Positions 9,601-19,700 of a stretch of 64,000 nucleotides of DNA are shown here, piece by piece. Each line of letters starts with the position of its first letter. Position 1 is the stretch's first letter. The position numbers were made by a program, and so were the translations under genes. The notes under the pieces are model-generated. The model made no database searches. It was given only the letters and a program-made list of their open reading frames with translations, and was not told the DNA's origin. The DNA comes from Escherichia phage vB_EcoM-UFV11: the sequence record OP555982.1. One strand, written 5' to 3'.

Positions 9601-11414
9601 TGGTGTTTAACCCTATGCATGATTTCTTTATTTTTGCCGAGATTAAATCCGCGTTCGTTCGGATTTCCCAAATAACCACATGTTCTTCTTATTGTGTTCA
9701 TCTTTTTAGGATCAGTTTCTCCACAAATAGAACAAACAAATCCGTTTTCAGTAGGAGTCATTTCATGGGTACTTCCACATGTAAAACATTTATCTACTGG
9801 CATATTAACACCAAAATAATCTAAATGTTGTGCAGCATAATCCCATACGGCCTCAAGACCCTTTAAGTTATTTTTCATATCAGGAAGTTCAACATAAGAA
9901 ATGTGGCCGCCTGTCGCAATGAAATGATATGGTGCTTCGCGAGAAATCTTTTCAAACGGAGTAATATTTTCTTCTACTGAAACATGGAAACTGTTAGTGT
10001 ACCAACCTTTATCGGTAACATCCTTTACACTTCCATATTTTTCGGTATCAAGTTTACAGAAGCGATAACAAAGGTTTTCAGCAGGAGTAGAATACAAACT
10101 AAAAGCAAACCCAGTTCTTTCAGTCCACTGTTTAAGACGAGCATTCATTTTAGTTAAAATTTCCTGTCCAATATCACGACCGACAAGAATATTCAATTCG
10201 TGAATACCAATGTATCCTAGAGACACTGAACTTCTGCCATTTTTAAATAACTCAATTATATCGTCATCAGGTTTAAGACGAACCCCGAATGCACCTTCTT
10301 GATAAAGAATAGGAGCAACAGTCGCTTTAACTCCTTTTAAGGAACTAATTCTACACATCAAAGCTTCAAAACATAAATCCATTCGTTCATTGAATAATTC
10401 AACAAATTTCTGTTCATTGAACTGTGTTCCAATATAAGAATCTAATGCGATACGAGGAAGATTCAGTGTTACAACACCGAGATTATTACGTCCATCAAGA
10501 ATTTCATTGCCAGTCGAATCTTTCCATACGCTCAAGAAACTACGACAACCCATTGGAGAAACAGGAATAGATGAGCCGGTGATAGCTTTATTGTTCTTAG
10601 CCGAAATAATATCAGGATACATTCTTTTGCTTGCGCACTCTAGAGCAAGCTGTTTAATATCATAGTTCGGATCGTCTTTATAAAGATTAACACCTTCTTC
10701 AACGAACATAACAAGCTTAGGGAAAATAGGAGTTATCCCATCACGACCAAGACCTTTAATACGATTTTTCAGAATTGCTTTCTGAATCATTCGTTCAGTC
10801 CAGTCAGTTCCTGTACCAAATGTAATTGTTACAAAAGGTGTTTGTCCGTTTGAGCTAAAGAGAGTATTTACTTCATATTCATAAGCTTGGAATGCATCGT
10901 ATACATCTTTTTCTGTTTTAGATTGAGCATAATTCAACGCATCAGCGATTTGCCATTTTTCTGCATCCTCAATATGTTTTGCATAGGTGCGTTTAACATA
11001 AGGAGAAAGTACTTTATCTACATTAGCAAAAGTCGTTCCGCCGTATTGATGGGAAGCAACCTGTGCAGTAATTTGTGCCATAATTGCAGTAGCAACACCG
11101 ATTGATTTAGGAGTTTCAATCTGTGCATTACCAAGCTTAAATCCGTTCTCAAGCATTCCTTTTAAATCTACTAAACAACAATTAGTAAATGGAAGAGCAG
11201 GGGAATAATCAATATCGTGGAAATGAATAATTCCGCTTTCATGCGCTTTCATAATAAAAGACGGGACCATATTTTTGGCAATGTGTTTAGACACAATACC
11301 AGCCATAAGGTCCCGTTGAGTTGGAAAAACACGAGAATCTTTATTAGCATTCTCGTTTAAAAGGTCTTTATTAGTTTTATGAATCAATCCTTCAATTTCT
11401 TTTTCAATTGTCAT
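9597..11414 (-). CDS. nrdD: anaerobic ribonucleoside-triphosphate reductase (glycyl radical enzyme), uninterrupted
   Basis: 605 aa; C-terminal glycyl-radical motif RRTCGYLG and Zn-ribbon CFTCGS...CSICG; continuous ORF (no intron). Confidence 0.95.
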   Translation of the reverse strand: MTIEKEIEGLIHKTNKDLLNENANKDSRVFPTQRDLMAGIVSKHIAKNMVPSFIMKAHESGIIHFHDIDYSPALPFTNCCLVDLKGMLENGFKLGNAQIETPKSIGVATAIMAQITAQVASHQYGGTTFANVDKVLSPYVKRTYAKHIEDAEKWQIADALNYAQSKTEKDVYDAFQAYEYEVNTLFSSNGQTPFVTITFGTGTDWTERMIQKAILKNRIKGLGRDGITPIFPKLVMFVEEGVNLYKDDPNYDIKQLALECASKRMYPDIISAKNNKAITGSSIPVSPMGCRSFLSVWKDSTGNEILDGRNNLGVVTLNLPRIALDSYIGTQFNEQKFVELFNERMDLCFEALMCRISSLKGVKATVAPILYQEGAFGVRLKPDDDIIELFKNGRSSVSLGYIGIHELNILVGRDIGQEILTKMNARLKQWTERTGFAFSLYSTPAENLCYRFCKLDTEKYGSVKDVTDKGWYTNSFHVSVEENITPFEKISREAPYHFIATGGHISYVELPDMKNNLKGLEAVWDYAAQHLDYFGVNMPVDKCFTCGSTHEMTPTENGFVCSICGETDPKKMNTIRRTCGYLGNPNERGFNLGKNKEIMHRVKHQ

Positions 11415-11884
11415 TTTAAACTCTTTCTAAGCTGCTTCTTAAATGAAGCTATTAATTGTGTTTTAGTGTCAGATTCATTATATTCAAATCCTCTTTGAAG
11501 CATCTCGGCCATCATTTCCTCTTTTCCCAAACGAGAAAATTCCTTTGATTTATCTCCAACAAAGTTAGGGTGAATATTATTTTGGGTGTAATCGGATTTT
11601 AAATAAGTAAGTAAATTTTCTAACCATTCAAGATAATCAACACCTTGTCCCTTTAAGCCAGAACGATTAAATTTATGCTTCATTTGACCTTCTGCGGCAT
11701 TACAGAGATTACAAAGCAATCCACGCACCTTTCCTGCTTTCGGTCCATTTAATTCATGGTCATGGTCGAGGTGATTAGCTTGAACATCAGGATTTAGTTC
11801 TCGTTGGCAAATTAAACATTTACCATTTTGTGCATCATAAAATTTCTGTTTTTCTTCTTTGTATAATTTGCCAGTCAATAACAT
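11411..11884 (-). CDS. 49: endonuclease VII (Holliday junction resolvase)
   Basis: 157 aa, essentially the T4 gp49 sequence (MLLTGKLYKEEKQKFYDAQNGKCLICQREL...). Confidence 0.95.
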   Translation of the reverse strand: MLLTGKLYKEEKQKFYDAQNGKCLICQRELNPDVQANHLDHDHELNGPKAGKVRGLLCNLCNAAEGQMKHKFNRSGLKGQGVDYLEWLENLLTYLKSDYTQNNIHPNFVGDKSKEFSRLGKEEMMAEMLQRGFEYNESDTKTQLIASFKKQLRKSLK

Positions 11885-11925
11885 AATAAACCCTTACCTT
11901 AAATAGATAAGGGTATTTATTATTT

Positions 11926-12102
11926 TCAAGTATTGTAAAAGGCTCGATGCAATCGCTTATACTGCCGAATCATCTTTTTAGTAGGACGAGAATAAGTTCC
12001 TACACAAGTGGTCATATTAGGGTCGGTAGGACTTCCTTTAATAAAAAGTTTCCAAACCTTACCACCATTTAACTTTTCAGTATAAATCAATTCAGTTTTC
12101 AT
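11926..12102 (-). CDS. small basic hypothetical protein (58 aa)
   Basis: ATG overlaps stop of upstream ORF (TAATG); translation MKTELIYTEKLNGGKVWKLF...; below ORF-track cutoff. Confidence 0.35.
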   Translation of the reverse strand: MKTELIYTEKLNGGKVWKLFIKGSPTDPNMTTCVGTYSRPTKKMIRQYKRLHRAFYNT

Positions 12103-12566
12103 TAAAACGCTCGGTCAGAAAAAGATTTTTGGGTTTCAAGCCATTCAATATATTCTGCCGCAGCTTGCATCAAATTTCCTTCATAGCCATCGTTATTTTC
12201 TTGTGCAGCTAATTTAGCCAATGCGTATGAAATACGTTCACCTTGAAAATCAGCTTTAGGCTTCTGGACAACTTGATTAGTTCGCTCTACAACTTCTTCA
12301 ATTTCGCCATTTTCGACTGATTCAGTATTCCACAAGCACCAATACGTAATTGGCTTATCGTAGATGTTAATAATCTTTCCATCAGAAAGTTCAATTTCAA
12401 TAATTCCAGTGTCAGGCTCTATATCATCTTCACATTCTTTTGCAAGTTCACGAACTTTAAAGACAGTACCTGCACTAAGTTCCGGCCAGTAATTACATAG
12501 CCCTGTATCAGCACGATTAATTCTAAACCACTTATCTACTGTAATCATGTCCCATCTCCATATCAA
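12102..12566 (-). CDS. hypothetical acidic protein (occupies the pin/49.x position)
   Basis: 154-aa ORF. Confidence 0.5.
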   Translation of the reverse strand: MIWRWDMITVDKWFRINRADTGLCNYWPELSAGTVFKVRELAKECEDDIEPDTGIIEIELSDGKIINIYDKPITYWCLWNTESVENGEIEEVVERTNQVVQKPKADFQGERISYALAKLAAQENNDGYEGNLMQAAAEYIEWLETQKSFSDRAF

Positions 12567-12671
12567 TTAAGTCATTTATCGTTGGTTCATTATATACTGT
12601 TTCTTCATCAGTGTAAACCGGTTCTTCCGGCTCTGGCTCTACAGTTTCCCATCTAGCCGCCCACCAAGGTT

Positions 12672-12992
12672 TTATAGCGTAATCCATTCTCGTACTATCT
12701 GAGTTACTACACGTTCACGGGGCTCGACTAGTTCAACAGTCGGAACTGCATAATACCAGTCAGAATGATAGGAACCTGACCGAGATTCATTTACAGCCAC
12801 ATGTACATTATGTTTTGGACTAAAGTAAACACACTGACGATATTGGCATTTACCATCTTGCACCCAGTCTTCTATTTCGATAGGTTTAAGATAATCGGAA
12901 AAATCGAAATCATAGTTTTCCGAAAATGCATCATGGTCTTCAATGATTTCGCTCAGAACTGCATCAACATCTAATTTATTTTCAATAGTCAT
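12672..12992 (-). CDS. hypothetical protein
   Basis: 106-aa ORF. Confidence 0.5.
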   Translation of the reverse strand: MTIENKLDVDAVLSEIIEDHDAFSENYDFDFSDYLKPIEIEDWVQDGKCQYRQCVYFSPKHNVHVAVNESRSGSYHSDWYYAVPTVELVEPRERVVTQIVREWITL

Positions 12993-13175
12993 TTTTCACC
13001 AATTAATTTCGCAATTTATTAAGTTCTTCATCATCAATCCAGGATTCTAATCCTGATGGCAGGGCACATTCAATTTCCCAAAGAAGTTCTTCAATTTTCT
13101 GAAGACGATCTAGTTCTTCGGCTGGAATAGTAACCATTGACGGAGCTCGTGATACATTAATATCGTAAATCATAT

Positions 13176-13391
13176 TTACCCCAATTTAACCATACAATCG
13201 CCGTATTTCCACTTAGAAATAGACTTTTCACCATTAGAATAATAAACTTCGAGTTTAGCACGATTATTTTTAATTTGAATAACCTTTGCTGTCATCAAAG
13301 TTCCATACCCATAATAAACTGCAACTTCATCACCTACATATACCGCGCTTCCGCGGTAATCATGGATATAATCAGTTCCTTCGAGAATCAT
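13176..13391 (-). CDS. hypothetical protein
   Basis: 71-aa ORF; a further 55-aa coupled ORF follows at about 13006-13173. Confidence 0.5.
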   Translation of the reverse strand: MILEGTDYIHDYRGSAVYVGDEVAVYYGYGTLMTAKVIQIKNNRAKLEVYYSNGEKSISKWKYGDCMVKLG

Positions 13392-13651
13392 TTAAAGTAT
13401 TCTCGCAGTTGGTCAAATCCACCAATATGACTTCCATCAGGAGCAAATACCTGAGGCATTGTCAAGCCGATTTGAGTATCACGACTTAGTTTAGTCAGAA
13501 GCTCAGCGATTTTCTCATCATCAAAAACACCTTTTTCCGGCATAATGTTGATAAATTCAAACGGCTGTTTCTTCACGGTCAAAAGACGTTTTGCATTATC
13601 ACAATACACACATTTATGGATGTTGCTATCATAACCATATAATTTAAACAT
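13388..13651 (-). CDS. nrdC: thioredoxin/glutaredoxin for ribonucleotide reductase
   Basis: 87 aa; CVYC redox site; matches T4 NrdC nearly residue for residue as recalled. Confidence 0.9.
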   Translation of the reverse strand: MFKLYGYDSNIHKCVYCDNAKRLLTVKKQPFEFINIMPEKGVFDDEKIAELLTKLSRDTQIGLTMPQVFAPDGSHIGGFDQLREYFK

Positions 13652-13652
13652 A

Positions 13653-13931
13653 TTATTCCTTAATTCCTAGTACTTGTTTAAAAGTCTCGTCGTAATCAAG
13701 ACTTTGGCCCGTTTGTTCTTTATGTTTGTATATAATATCACTTACTTCTGATAGCATATTTTTATATGAACGAGTTAAAGCAGATTTAAGCACGCTGTAT
13801 CTATCAGGAAATTTACCGTGTTCATTATAATAAGCTATTGCTAATTCACGGACTGCCTTTTCAGCAGCCTCCATATATTCTTTACGCTTGGTCATTTTAA
13901 TCCAAAATATTATTAGGCATTGGTTGAACAC
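13653..13931 (-). CDS. hypothetical protein (nrdC.1-like; start possibly at 13895)
   Basis: 92-aa ORF overlapping upstream gene; internal Met avoids the overlap. Confidence 0.5.
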   Translation of the reverse strand: MFNQCLIIFWIKMTKRKEYMEAAEKAVRELAIAYYNEHGKFPDRYSVLKSALTRSYKNMLSEVSDIIYKHKEQTGQSLDYDETFKQVLGIKE

Positions 13932-14286
13932 TCACAAGTTCTTTAAAGAACTCAGTAGAGTCAGGCAATTTAACCATTTCCGGAGCATGCTTACTGAATT
14001 TATGTTTACATTGACGGCATTTATATTCAAGCTCTGGTTTACGCCAGTTAATCAATTGAACTTGTTCAGTACCGCATTCAGGGCAATTAGGAACGTTTTT
14101 AGAAGCTCTTTCACGTCGTTCAACCATAGCCATAATAGCATCCCATGCTGGAGGTTTAAAATCTAAATCGTCGCAGCCGTGAATCTTTCCACGCATTTCC
14201 ATATCATCTTCCTCACCAGCCATAATAATTTTAATTAGACTAGAATTACTTGAAGCTGCAATGTCTTCTAATAAACGCTTTTTCAT
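13897..14286 (-). CDS. zinc-ribbon hypothetical protein
   Basis: 129 aa; CPECG...CRQCKHK four-cysteine ribbon. Confidence 0.55.
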   Translation of the reverse strand: MKKRLLEDIAASSNSSLIKIIMAGEEDDMEMRGKIHGCDDLDFKPPAWDAIMAMVERRERASKNVPNCPECGTEQVQLINWRKPELEYKCRQCKHKFSKHAPEMVKLPDSTEFFKELVSVQPMPNNILD

Positions 14287-15209
14287 TTCAATACCTCAAT
14301 AGCATTACGTAAACCATTTGCTTTTGCGTTAAGAGATTTTAACAATTTGGTGTGTTCTGCAATTTGGGCTTCAACTTCAATCAAACGGGCATTGAGATAT
14401 TCGCGTTCTTCTTTCATAGTATCATTCCCATGATTGGGTTTTGGTGCAGATTTAAATTCACTAGGGTCCTTTAACTTAATAACAAATTTAGTTTCAAACA
14501 GTGAAAGACCATAATTCGTATTATCATCAAAGGATTTAACTACATCCATATTAGATAATAACTCATGCAAATTATAAGACAAAGAACTAATAGTTTCATT
14601 GTGTTTATTAGCTTCGCGTGGTTTCATATACGGAAGATTTTTATATATCTCATGCGGAGCACAAATGATAATTGACAATTCAAATTGTCCATTCTGGGAC
14701 GATGGAGTGAATTTAGCCGTAACCCAGTCTTTTACATTCACATTAATAGTACGGTTATCACCATGACAAAACAATCTACGAGAATGCTTAAAAAGCATAT
14801 TCACGTTATTATTGAATTCGTGTGAAAATTCACTGGCAAATTTTTCTTTACTATCTTTAGAAAACCATTCTTCTAAATAAGTTCTTTTCACGTCGTTAAT
14901 AATATTAAATGTAACAACATTAGCATTTGATACATTAGTCTCAATGTAGCTTGGATACATAAATTTTTTAACATTATTAACAGCTATCACAGAAGATAGT
15001 AATCGGGAACGTTTGAACCACTCGAGCAAAGAACCAAGAGAATGTGAATACGCGTTTTGCGTATCTTTACAAATATGGTTTTCCCATCCAATATAGTCTA
15101 AAAAATCACGAAGAATATTATTGATTACTGCTCTGTGTCCTATCTGATAATTACGATGTTTAGTAATAAGACTGTCAAAATAATCAATATAATGTTTACG
15201 AGTTTTCAT
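14283..15209 (-). CDS. paralog-family protein A (N-terminal globular domain + C-terminal coiled coil)
   Basis: 308 aa; C-terminal ~45-aa heptad-like helix [42 protein letters not shown]. Confidence 0.6.
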   Translation of the reverse strand: MKTRKHYIDYFDSLITKHRNYQIGHRAVINNILRDFLDYIGWENHICKDTQNAYSHSLGSLLEWFKRSRLLSSVIAVNNVKKFMYPSYIETNVSNANVVTFNIINDVKRTYLEEWFSKDSKEKFASEFSHEFNNNVNMLFKHSRRLFCHGDNRTINVNVKDWVTAKFTPSSQNGQFELSIIICAPHEIYKNLPYMKPREANKHNETISSLSYNLHELLSNMDVVKSFDDNTNYGLSLFETKFVIKLKDPSEFKSAPKPNHGNDTMKEEREYLNARLIEVEAQIAEHTKLLKSLNAKANGLRNAIEVLK

Positions 15210-15263
15210 GTTCTTCTCACTTGGTTAATGATTTATACTCCGAGCCATCCTTGGCTTTAAATT

Positions 15264-16265
15264 TTACTTAATTAACTGTAAAGCTTGTTCAAGACGATCA
15301 AGACGATTAACGGATTCTTCCCAAATCTTTTTAGCCTTCTCATATTCTTTCTGTGCTTTATTAGAAATTTCTAGAGCTCCTTTATAAGCTTTTTCTAATG
15401 CAATAATTTCTGGACGAATTTCTACCGGTTCAGGCGAATCATCAAGATTATCCATTAGTTCCTCAAGGGTAGTTTCTTCTTTAGGGGTATTCACAATTTC
15501 TTCGCATTTTTGTTGGTAAATTTCTTTATCAGTCGGTGAATACGCACATTTCACTTCACGAAGACTAACTACAATTTTGTATCCTTCCCAACCACACATA
15601 TTCTTAAAAGGATATGTATGAATATTTTCTACTGTTTCCATACAAAGTAATGCAGTCTCTAACTGACGAGTTATAGTGCTAGCAATTGAGAAAAATTTAT
15701 TAATATTCTTTTGGTTAGCGTTTGGTGTAAAAAATCCATAATTCACAAAAATAGCTACTTTATTTTCGTCAAGCTCATATTCTTTTACGATAATCATATC
15801 AGAAGCCAAAGGATGAATTTGACGATAATCGCCATAACATAATTTAGAAGCTGATTTTAGAATTTGTCCTTTGAAAAGTCTGAAATTACTAATCCAACGA
15901 CGAGTAAAAATATTCTCAGGGTCTTCTTTATTATTAAGATGATAAGAATTAACATCACCGAACCAATTGTATCCTACTACATTTTTAGTTCGTTTAATTT
16001 CTTTCCCAAATTTACCAAGAATATCTCTGTTAACTAAATATGAAAGAAGACGAGACCCTTTAAAGGTTTCCTTAATATCATCTTTATCTGCACGACTAGA
16101 AATTTTATGAACTTCATGAATAAATTTGCTGGAAGAAACAATGCTTGCATCAGTATTATTGAGCCATTGATTGATAATAGAAATAACACTATTCTGACTA
16201 GACATAGGTTTAACTTTATCATCAATAACGCTATTGAATGATTTGATATATTCGTTGCGAGTCAT
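15264..16265 (-). CDS. paralog-family protein B (C-terminal coiled coil)
   Basis: 333 aa from MTRNEY; GAGGAG Shine-Dalgarno; ORF-track extension to 16295 reads through the promoter. Confidence 0.6.
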   Translation of the reverse strand: MTRNEYIKSFNSVIDDKVKPMSSQNSVISIINQWLNNTDASIVSSSKFIHEVHKISSRADKDDIKETFKGSRLLSYLVNRDILGKFGKEIKRTKNVVGYNWFGDVNSYHLNNKEDPENIFTRRWISNFRLFKGQILKSASKLCYGDYRQIHPLASDMIIVKEYELDENKVAIFVNYGFFTPNANQKNINKFFSIASTITRQLETALLCMETVENIHTYPFKNMCGWEGYKIVVSLREVKCAYSPTDKEIYQQKCEEIVNTPKEETTLEELMDNLDDSPEPVEIRPEIIALEKAYKGALEISNKAQKEYEKAKKIWEESVNRLDRLEQALQLIK

Positions 16266-16293
16266 ATTAATCTCCTCAGTAGAAAGTAAGAAC

Positions 16294-16323
16294 ATTATAC
16301 CACATCCTTGTGGCGAAGTAAAC
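16294..16323 (-). promoter_or_regulatory. T4-type early promoter (GTTTAC-N18-TATAAT)
   Basis: minus strand GTTTAC 16323..16318, TATAAT 16299..16294; palindromic spacer CCACAAGGATGTGG. Confidence 0.6.
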
Positions 16324-17342
16324 TAGTTTAGTGCATTTAGTGCATTGTTCAATTTAGAACGTTGCTTTGTCAGATTTTGAACCCTTGACTGAGCTTGTTC
16401 TAACACCTTTTCAGCTTCTAGCACTTCATTGGTCGCTTTAATGAGTTCAGCATCTACTGCCTTAAGAGACTTCTCAATCGCGTCAGCGTGCCATTTTTCT
16501 ACAGGTTTAAAATTTGAATTTTCAGTAGGAAGAAAATTCACTTTATTAAATTTCCATGCATCTTTATTACCTGAGCTATACATCCAAAATTTAGGATCGT
16601 TTGATGAGCAATTAGATAAATTTAAGTTATCTTGTACTTCCTGCTTTTTCTCTTGCGGGACTTCATCCTTTCTCAAAAAATCGTATTTAAATGAAACGAT
16701 CATATCAAGTTCATACGTTGTTGTATGTTCCCAATTTCGCTCAAAATGAGGTAAAATCTTAGACTGAACAGCGGCAACAACATCCATATACTTAAATGCT
16801 TCTGTCAACTGTGATTTAAGGCATTCACAAATTGAAAGAGAATTTTTTGTATTAGGCTTAAAGCTAATTCGTGCAGTTCTATTATTTTCTTTTAACGGTC
16901 TTACTTCCATCTGAAGAGTATAACCATCAAATTTCAGGTTCTTTAAGTTAATGTCAGAACCTTTTAATCGACTAGCAGTAGACAAAATTTGCTTTAATTG
17001 TTTACGGAATAAAGCAATAAATCTCCATTCAAGACGATAATGATTTGGATTAAAAAATCCTGTTGATAAATCAACCTTACTCTGACCAACGCCTTGAACA
17101 AATAGAGGATTTTTATAATCAATAGTTTTACAGAAATCGGTGAGCTGCTCACGAGCAGTCATTTGTGTAATATATCCCGCTTTACTAAAATGACGTAACC
17201 ATTCACTGCTATTCATATACTTAAAGTGAATGGAACTATTAACTCTATCAGGGTCTAAATTATTTTGGCACAAAAATGTCATAACATTACGGGTATAGCT
17301 AGCATTACGAACCATATCTTCAATTTGAGAACGAGTTTTCAT
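16323..17342 (-). CDS. paralog-family protein C (C-terminal coiled coil)
   Basis: 339 aa; starts MKTR like protein A; C-terminal helix KAVDAELIKATNEVLEAEKVLEQAQSRVQNL. Confidence 0.6.
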   Translation of the reverse strand: MKTRSQIEDMVRNASYTRNVMTFLCQNNLDPDRVNSSIHFKYMNSSEWLRHFSKAGYITQMTAREQLTDFCKTIDYKNPLFVQGVGQSKVDLSTGFFNPNHYRLEWRFIALFRKQLKQILSTASRLKGSDINLKNLKFDGYTLQMEVRPLKENNRTARISFKPNTKNSLSICECLKSQLTEAFKYMDVVAAVQSKILPHFERNWEHTTTYELDMIVSFKYDFLRKDEVPQEKKQEVQDNLNLSNCSSNDPKFWMYSSGNKDAWKFNKVNFLPTENSNFKPVEKWHADAIEKSLKAVDAELIKATNEVLEAEKVLEQAQSRVQNLTKQRSKLNNALNALN

Positions 17343-17350
17343 AGTGTTCC

Positions 17351-18259
17351 TTAAGATTTAAGTAAATCAACAATTTTAATTAATTTTTCACGCTCAGATT
17401 TAGCTTTACTACTCAATCCAGATAGTCTGAAAATTTCATCGTCATACTGTTGAATAGAAATATTTAGCTCTTCAATTTGCTTATTAAAATAATCAATTTG
17501 CTCAGAATGTTTTTCATTACTGCGAACTGGTATAGGGTTTGTAGGCAATTTAGTTGAACTAGATTCATCCGGGCGATAAATTAAAATACAACTTGAACCA
17601 ATTGGACATTTTGCACCAGATGAATATTCTAATGTTCCGGCTTCTTTTAAAACTTCAAAAGCTAAACAGAGATGATGCCCCATATTAACATAATCTGTAG
17701 AGCGAGCTCTGATGTAATAATCATCTCCGCGAATACTAAATTTAAAGCATTTAAGGTCTTCTGTATTATTGGTCTTAAAAATCATTTGTTTATCTAGACC
17801 TTTAGCTAATCGAGCGCCTAATGCTAATAATCGTCGTTGATTTTCCCACAAATCTGCGATCATTTGGTCAAATGATAATTTCGGCATTAGTCGACCATAA
17901 AGGTCATATCCTTTATTATAATTACGAAGGATTTCACTCGCGTTAATACGAGACAATGCTCCAATTTTATTAAGGGCTTTCATAATGCGATTAGATAAAC
18001 CCATTCCAGACCCGTTTGTTCGCTGCAAATGTTTTTCTAATCCAAATCCAATATCAACTTTAAACTTATCTAAAATTTCTGCATGAACATCTCTGTCAAT
18101 AACATTCAAATCCAAAGTTGGGTTAAATCTATGAAAAAATTTATCTGGCTCTCCACGACGAAGTACAGTCCATTCATTCATTTTTTTATTAACTAAAGAT
18201 TTAATTACTGTATTGACATTATTAATTACTACTGACATATTTTCCTCACTCAATTTCAA
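17351..18259 (-). CDS. paralog-family protein D (C-terminal coiled coil)
   Basis: 302 aa; C-terminal helix EQIDYFNKQIEELNISIQQYDDEIFRL. Confidence 0.6.
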   Translation of the reverse strand: MKLSEENMSVVINNVNTVIKSLVNKKMNEWTVLRRGEPDKFFHRFNPTLDLNVIDRDVHAEILDKFKVDIGFGLEKHLQRTNGSGMGLSNRIMKALNKIGALSRINASEILRNYNKGYDLYGRLMPKLSFDQMIADLWENQRRLLALGARLAKGLDKQMIFKTNNTEDLKCFKFSIRGDDYYIRARSTDYVNMGHHLCLAFEVLKEAGTLEYSSGAKCPIGSSCILIYRPDESSSTKLPTNPIPVRSNEKHSEQIDYFNKQIEELNISIQQYDDEIFRLSGLSSKAKSEREKLIKIVDLLKS

Positions 18260-18653
18260 TTTTACTAAATATACAGAATATGATGGAAAAGACTATATAA
18301 GCACCACAAACAGATTGAACTAATACCATTCCAAAGAACCAAACAATATTATCAAACCATGTCTGTTTTACGTCGAAAGGACGTAAACTTACAGTAATAT
18401 TATCACCTTTTTCTATTGAAGAATACATCTCTGGGGAAATATATTCACTAAATCTATAACCGTCTTTGAGTTCATATACAGCAATAAACGATAAACTAGA
18501 CCCCTTTCCTTGTGTTCCTGTAATAGTATTAACTACAGTAACATCATAATCTTTATAATGCATATAATCATTAATTGCGTAATAACCATATGCAACTACT
18601 ACACATAAACAACATATCAATAAATTCAATCTTTTAATTATCAACTGTTTCAT
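18246..18653 (-). CDS. membrane protein (2 predicted TM helices)
   Basis: 135 aa; hydrophobic segments LLICCLCVVVAYGYYAI and FFGMVLVQSVCGAYIVFSIIFCIF. Confidence 0.55.
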   Translation of the reverse strand: MKQLIIKRLNLLICCLCVVVAYGYYAINDYMHYKDYDVTVVNTITGTQGKGSSLSFIAVYELKDGYRFSEYISPEMYSSIEKGDNITVSLRPFDVKQTWFDNIVWFFGMVLVQSVCGAYIVFSIIFCIFSKIEIE

Positions 18654-18708
18654 AATAATCTCAATTAAAAGGGCTTAGAACCATTATACCATCCTTGGTA
18701 TAAAGCGG

Positions 18709-19236
18709 TTATGCGAGTACCGTCTTTAACCGTTCTTCAAACTTCCGAAGAGTATTCTGGCGTTCAGCTCTTTGCTTTTTGTAAGTTTCAATACGCTCTG
18801 AAATGAGAGTGTATCGTTCATTTACTGATTCTTTCATAAAATCAGGAATTTCACGAGAAGCTTTAATCTCGTCAAATTTATCAATAACAGCTTGCTCTTC
18901 AGCAATTAAGTTATCATACATCAAAATATCTTTCTTGATGAACTCAATATCTTCTTGAGTTACACGAGATAATTTAAATGCTTTATCCTTTTTGTACTGT
19001 TCGTTAGTATCACGAGACCAGTGTAATGTACGATTTTTATTCGTATTCTTATAAATTTCTACAATACCAATATCATCAATAATAACGATCCAATTCCAAC
19101 GGGATTTGTAAATTTGTCCTCCATCAACTGTGATTTCACCTCCGATTGAGATGTCATTAAAGAACTTGCTTTGTGCTTCTGATTTAAATTTACCATCGTT
19201 GTAATTTACCAAGTTGAAAATATCTTTAGCGTTCAT
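18709..19236 (-). CDS. hypothetical protein (175 aa)
   Basis: ATG MNAKDIF at 19236; ORF-track extension to 19296 is read-through of the promoter. Confidence 0.55.
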   Translation of the reverse strand: MNAKDIFNLVNYNDGKFKSEAQSKFFNDISIGGEITVDGGQIYKSRWNWIVIIDDIGIVEIYKNTNKNRTLHWSRDTNEQYKKDKAFKLSRVTQEDIEFIKKDILMYDNLIAEEQAVIDKFDEIKASREIPDFMKESVNERYTLISERIETYKKQRAERQNTLRKFEERLKTVLA

Positions 19237-19264
19237 TTTCTGTTCCTCCGTAGTTGATAGTTGT

Positions 19265-19294
19265 ATAGTACCACAGAGGAACAGTCTTGTAAAC
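19265..19294 (-). promoter_or_regulatory. T4-type early promoter (GTTTAC-N18-TACTAT)
   Basis: GTTTAC 19294..19289, TACTAT 19270..19265; conserved leader block caactatcaac downstream. Confidence 0.55.
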
Positions 19295-19296
19295 AA

Positions 19297-19611
19297 CTAA
19301 AAGAAACTTCTTTCACAATTTTTTCCACTGAACCACGCGCTCACTGCTTTCTTAGTCTCAGGAGCAGTGTTATCCATAAACCATTCAAAGGCAGCCTTTT
19401 TATGATTCTGGAGGGCTTCTCGGGCTTTAATCTGCTCACGGTCTATTAACACTAACATATGAGCCTTTCTTGTCACCATGGGCTTCTTATGATTTTTTGA
19501 ATATTCCCAATCATTTGTCCATCGCATCGTTGTTGCGAATTGAAGTACAGCTTCTTTAATTTTAGTTTCGTAAATTTCACGAGCCTTTGAGTATAACATT
19601 ACTACCTCCAT
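19297..19611 (-). CDS. hypothetical protein
   Basis: 104-aa ORF. Confidence 0.5.
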   Translation of the reverse strand: MEVVMLYSKAREIYETKIKEAVLQFATTMRWTNDWEYSKNHKKPMVTRKAHMLVLIDREQIKAREALQNHKKAAFEWFMDNTAPETKKAVSAWFSGKNCERSFF

Positions 19612-19700
19612 TTACCAGTTTAATTCTAGTCATCTTTTTGATGGCAGTCCATATAATCTATTTCTGAACTGCCTTTTTATCTTAGAAGGCCTCTTATGAA

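Noticed and set aside
9597-11414. Group I intron or homing endonuclease inside nrdD
   Set aside because: The ORF is continuous at 605 codons with the glycyl-radical motif intact; no intervening sequence is present.
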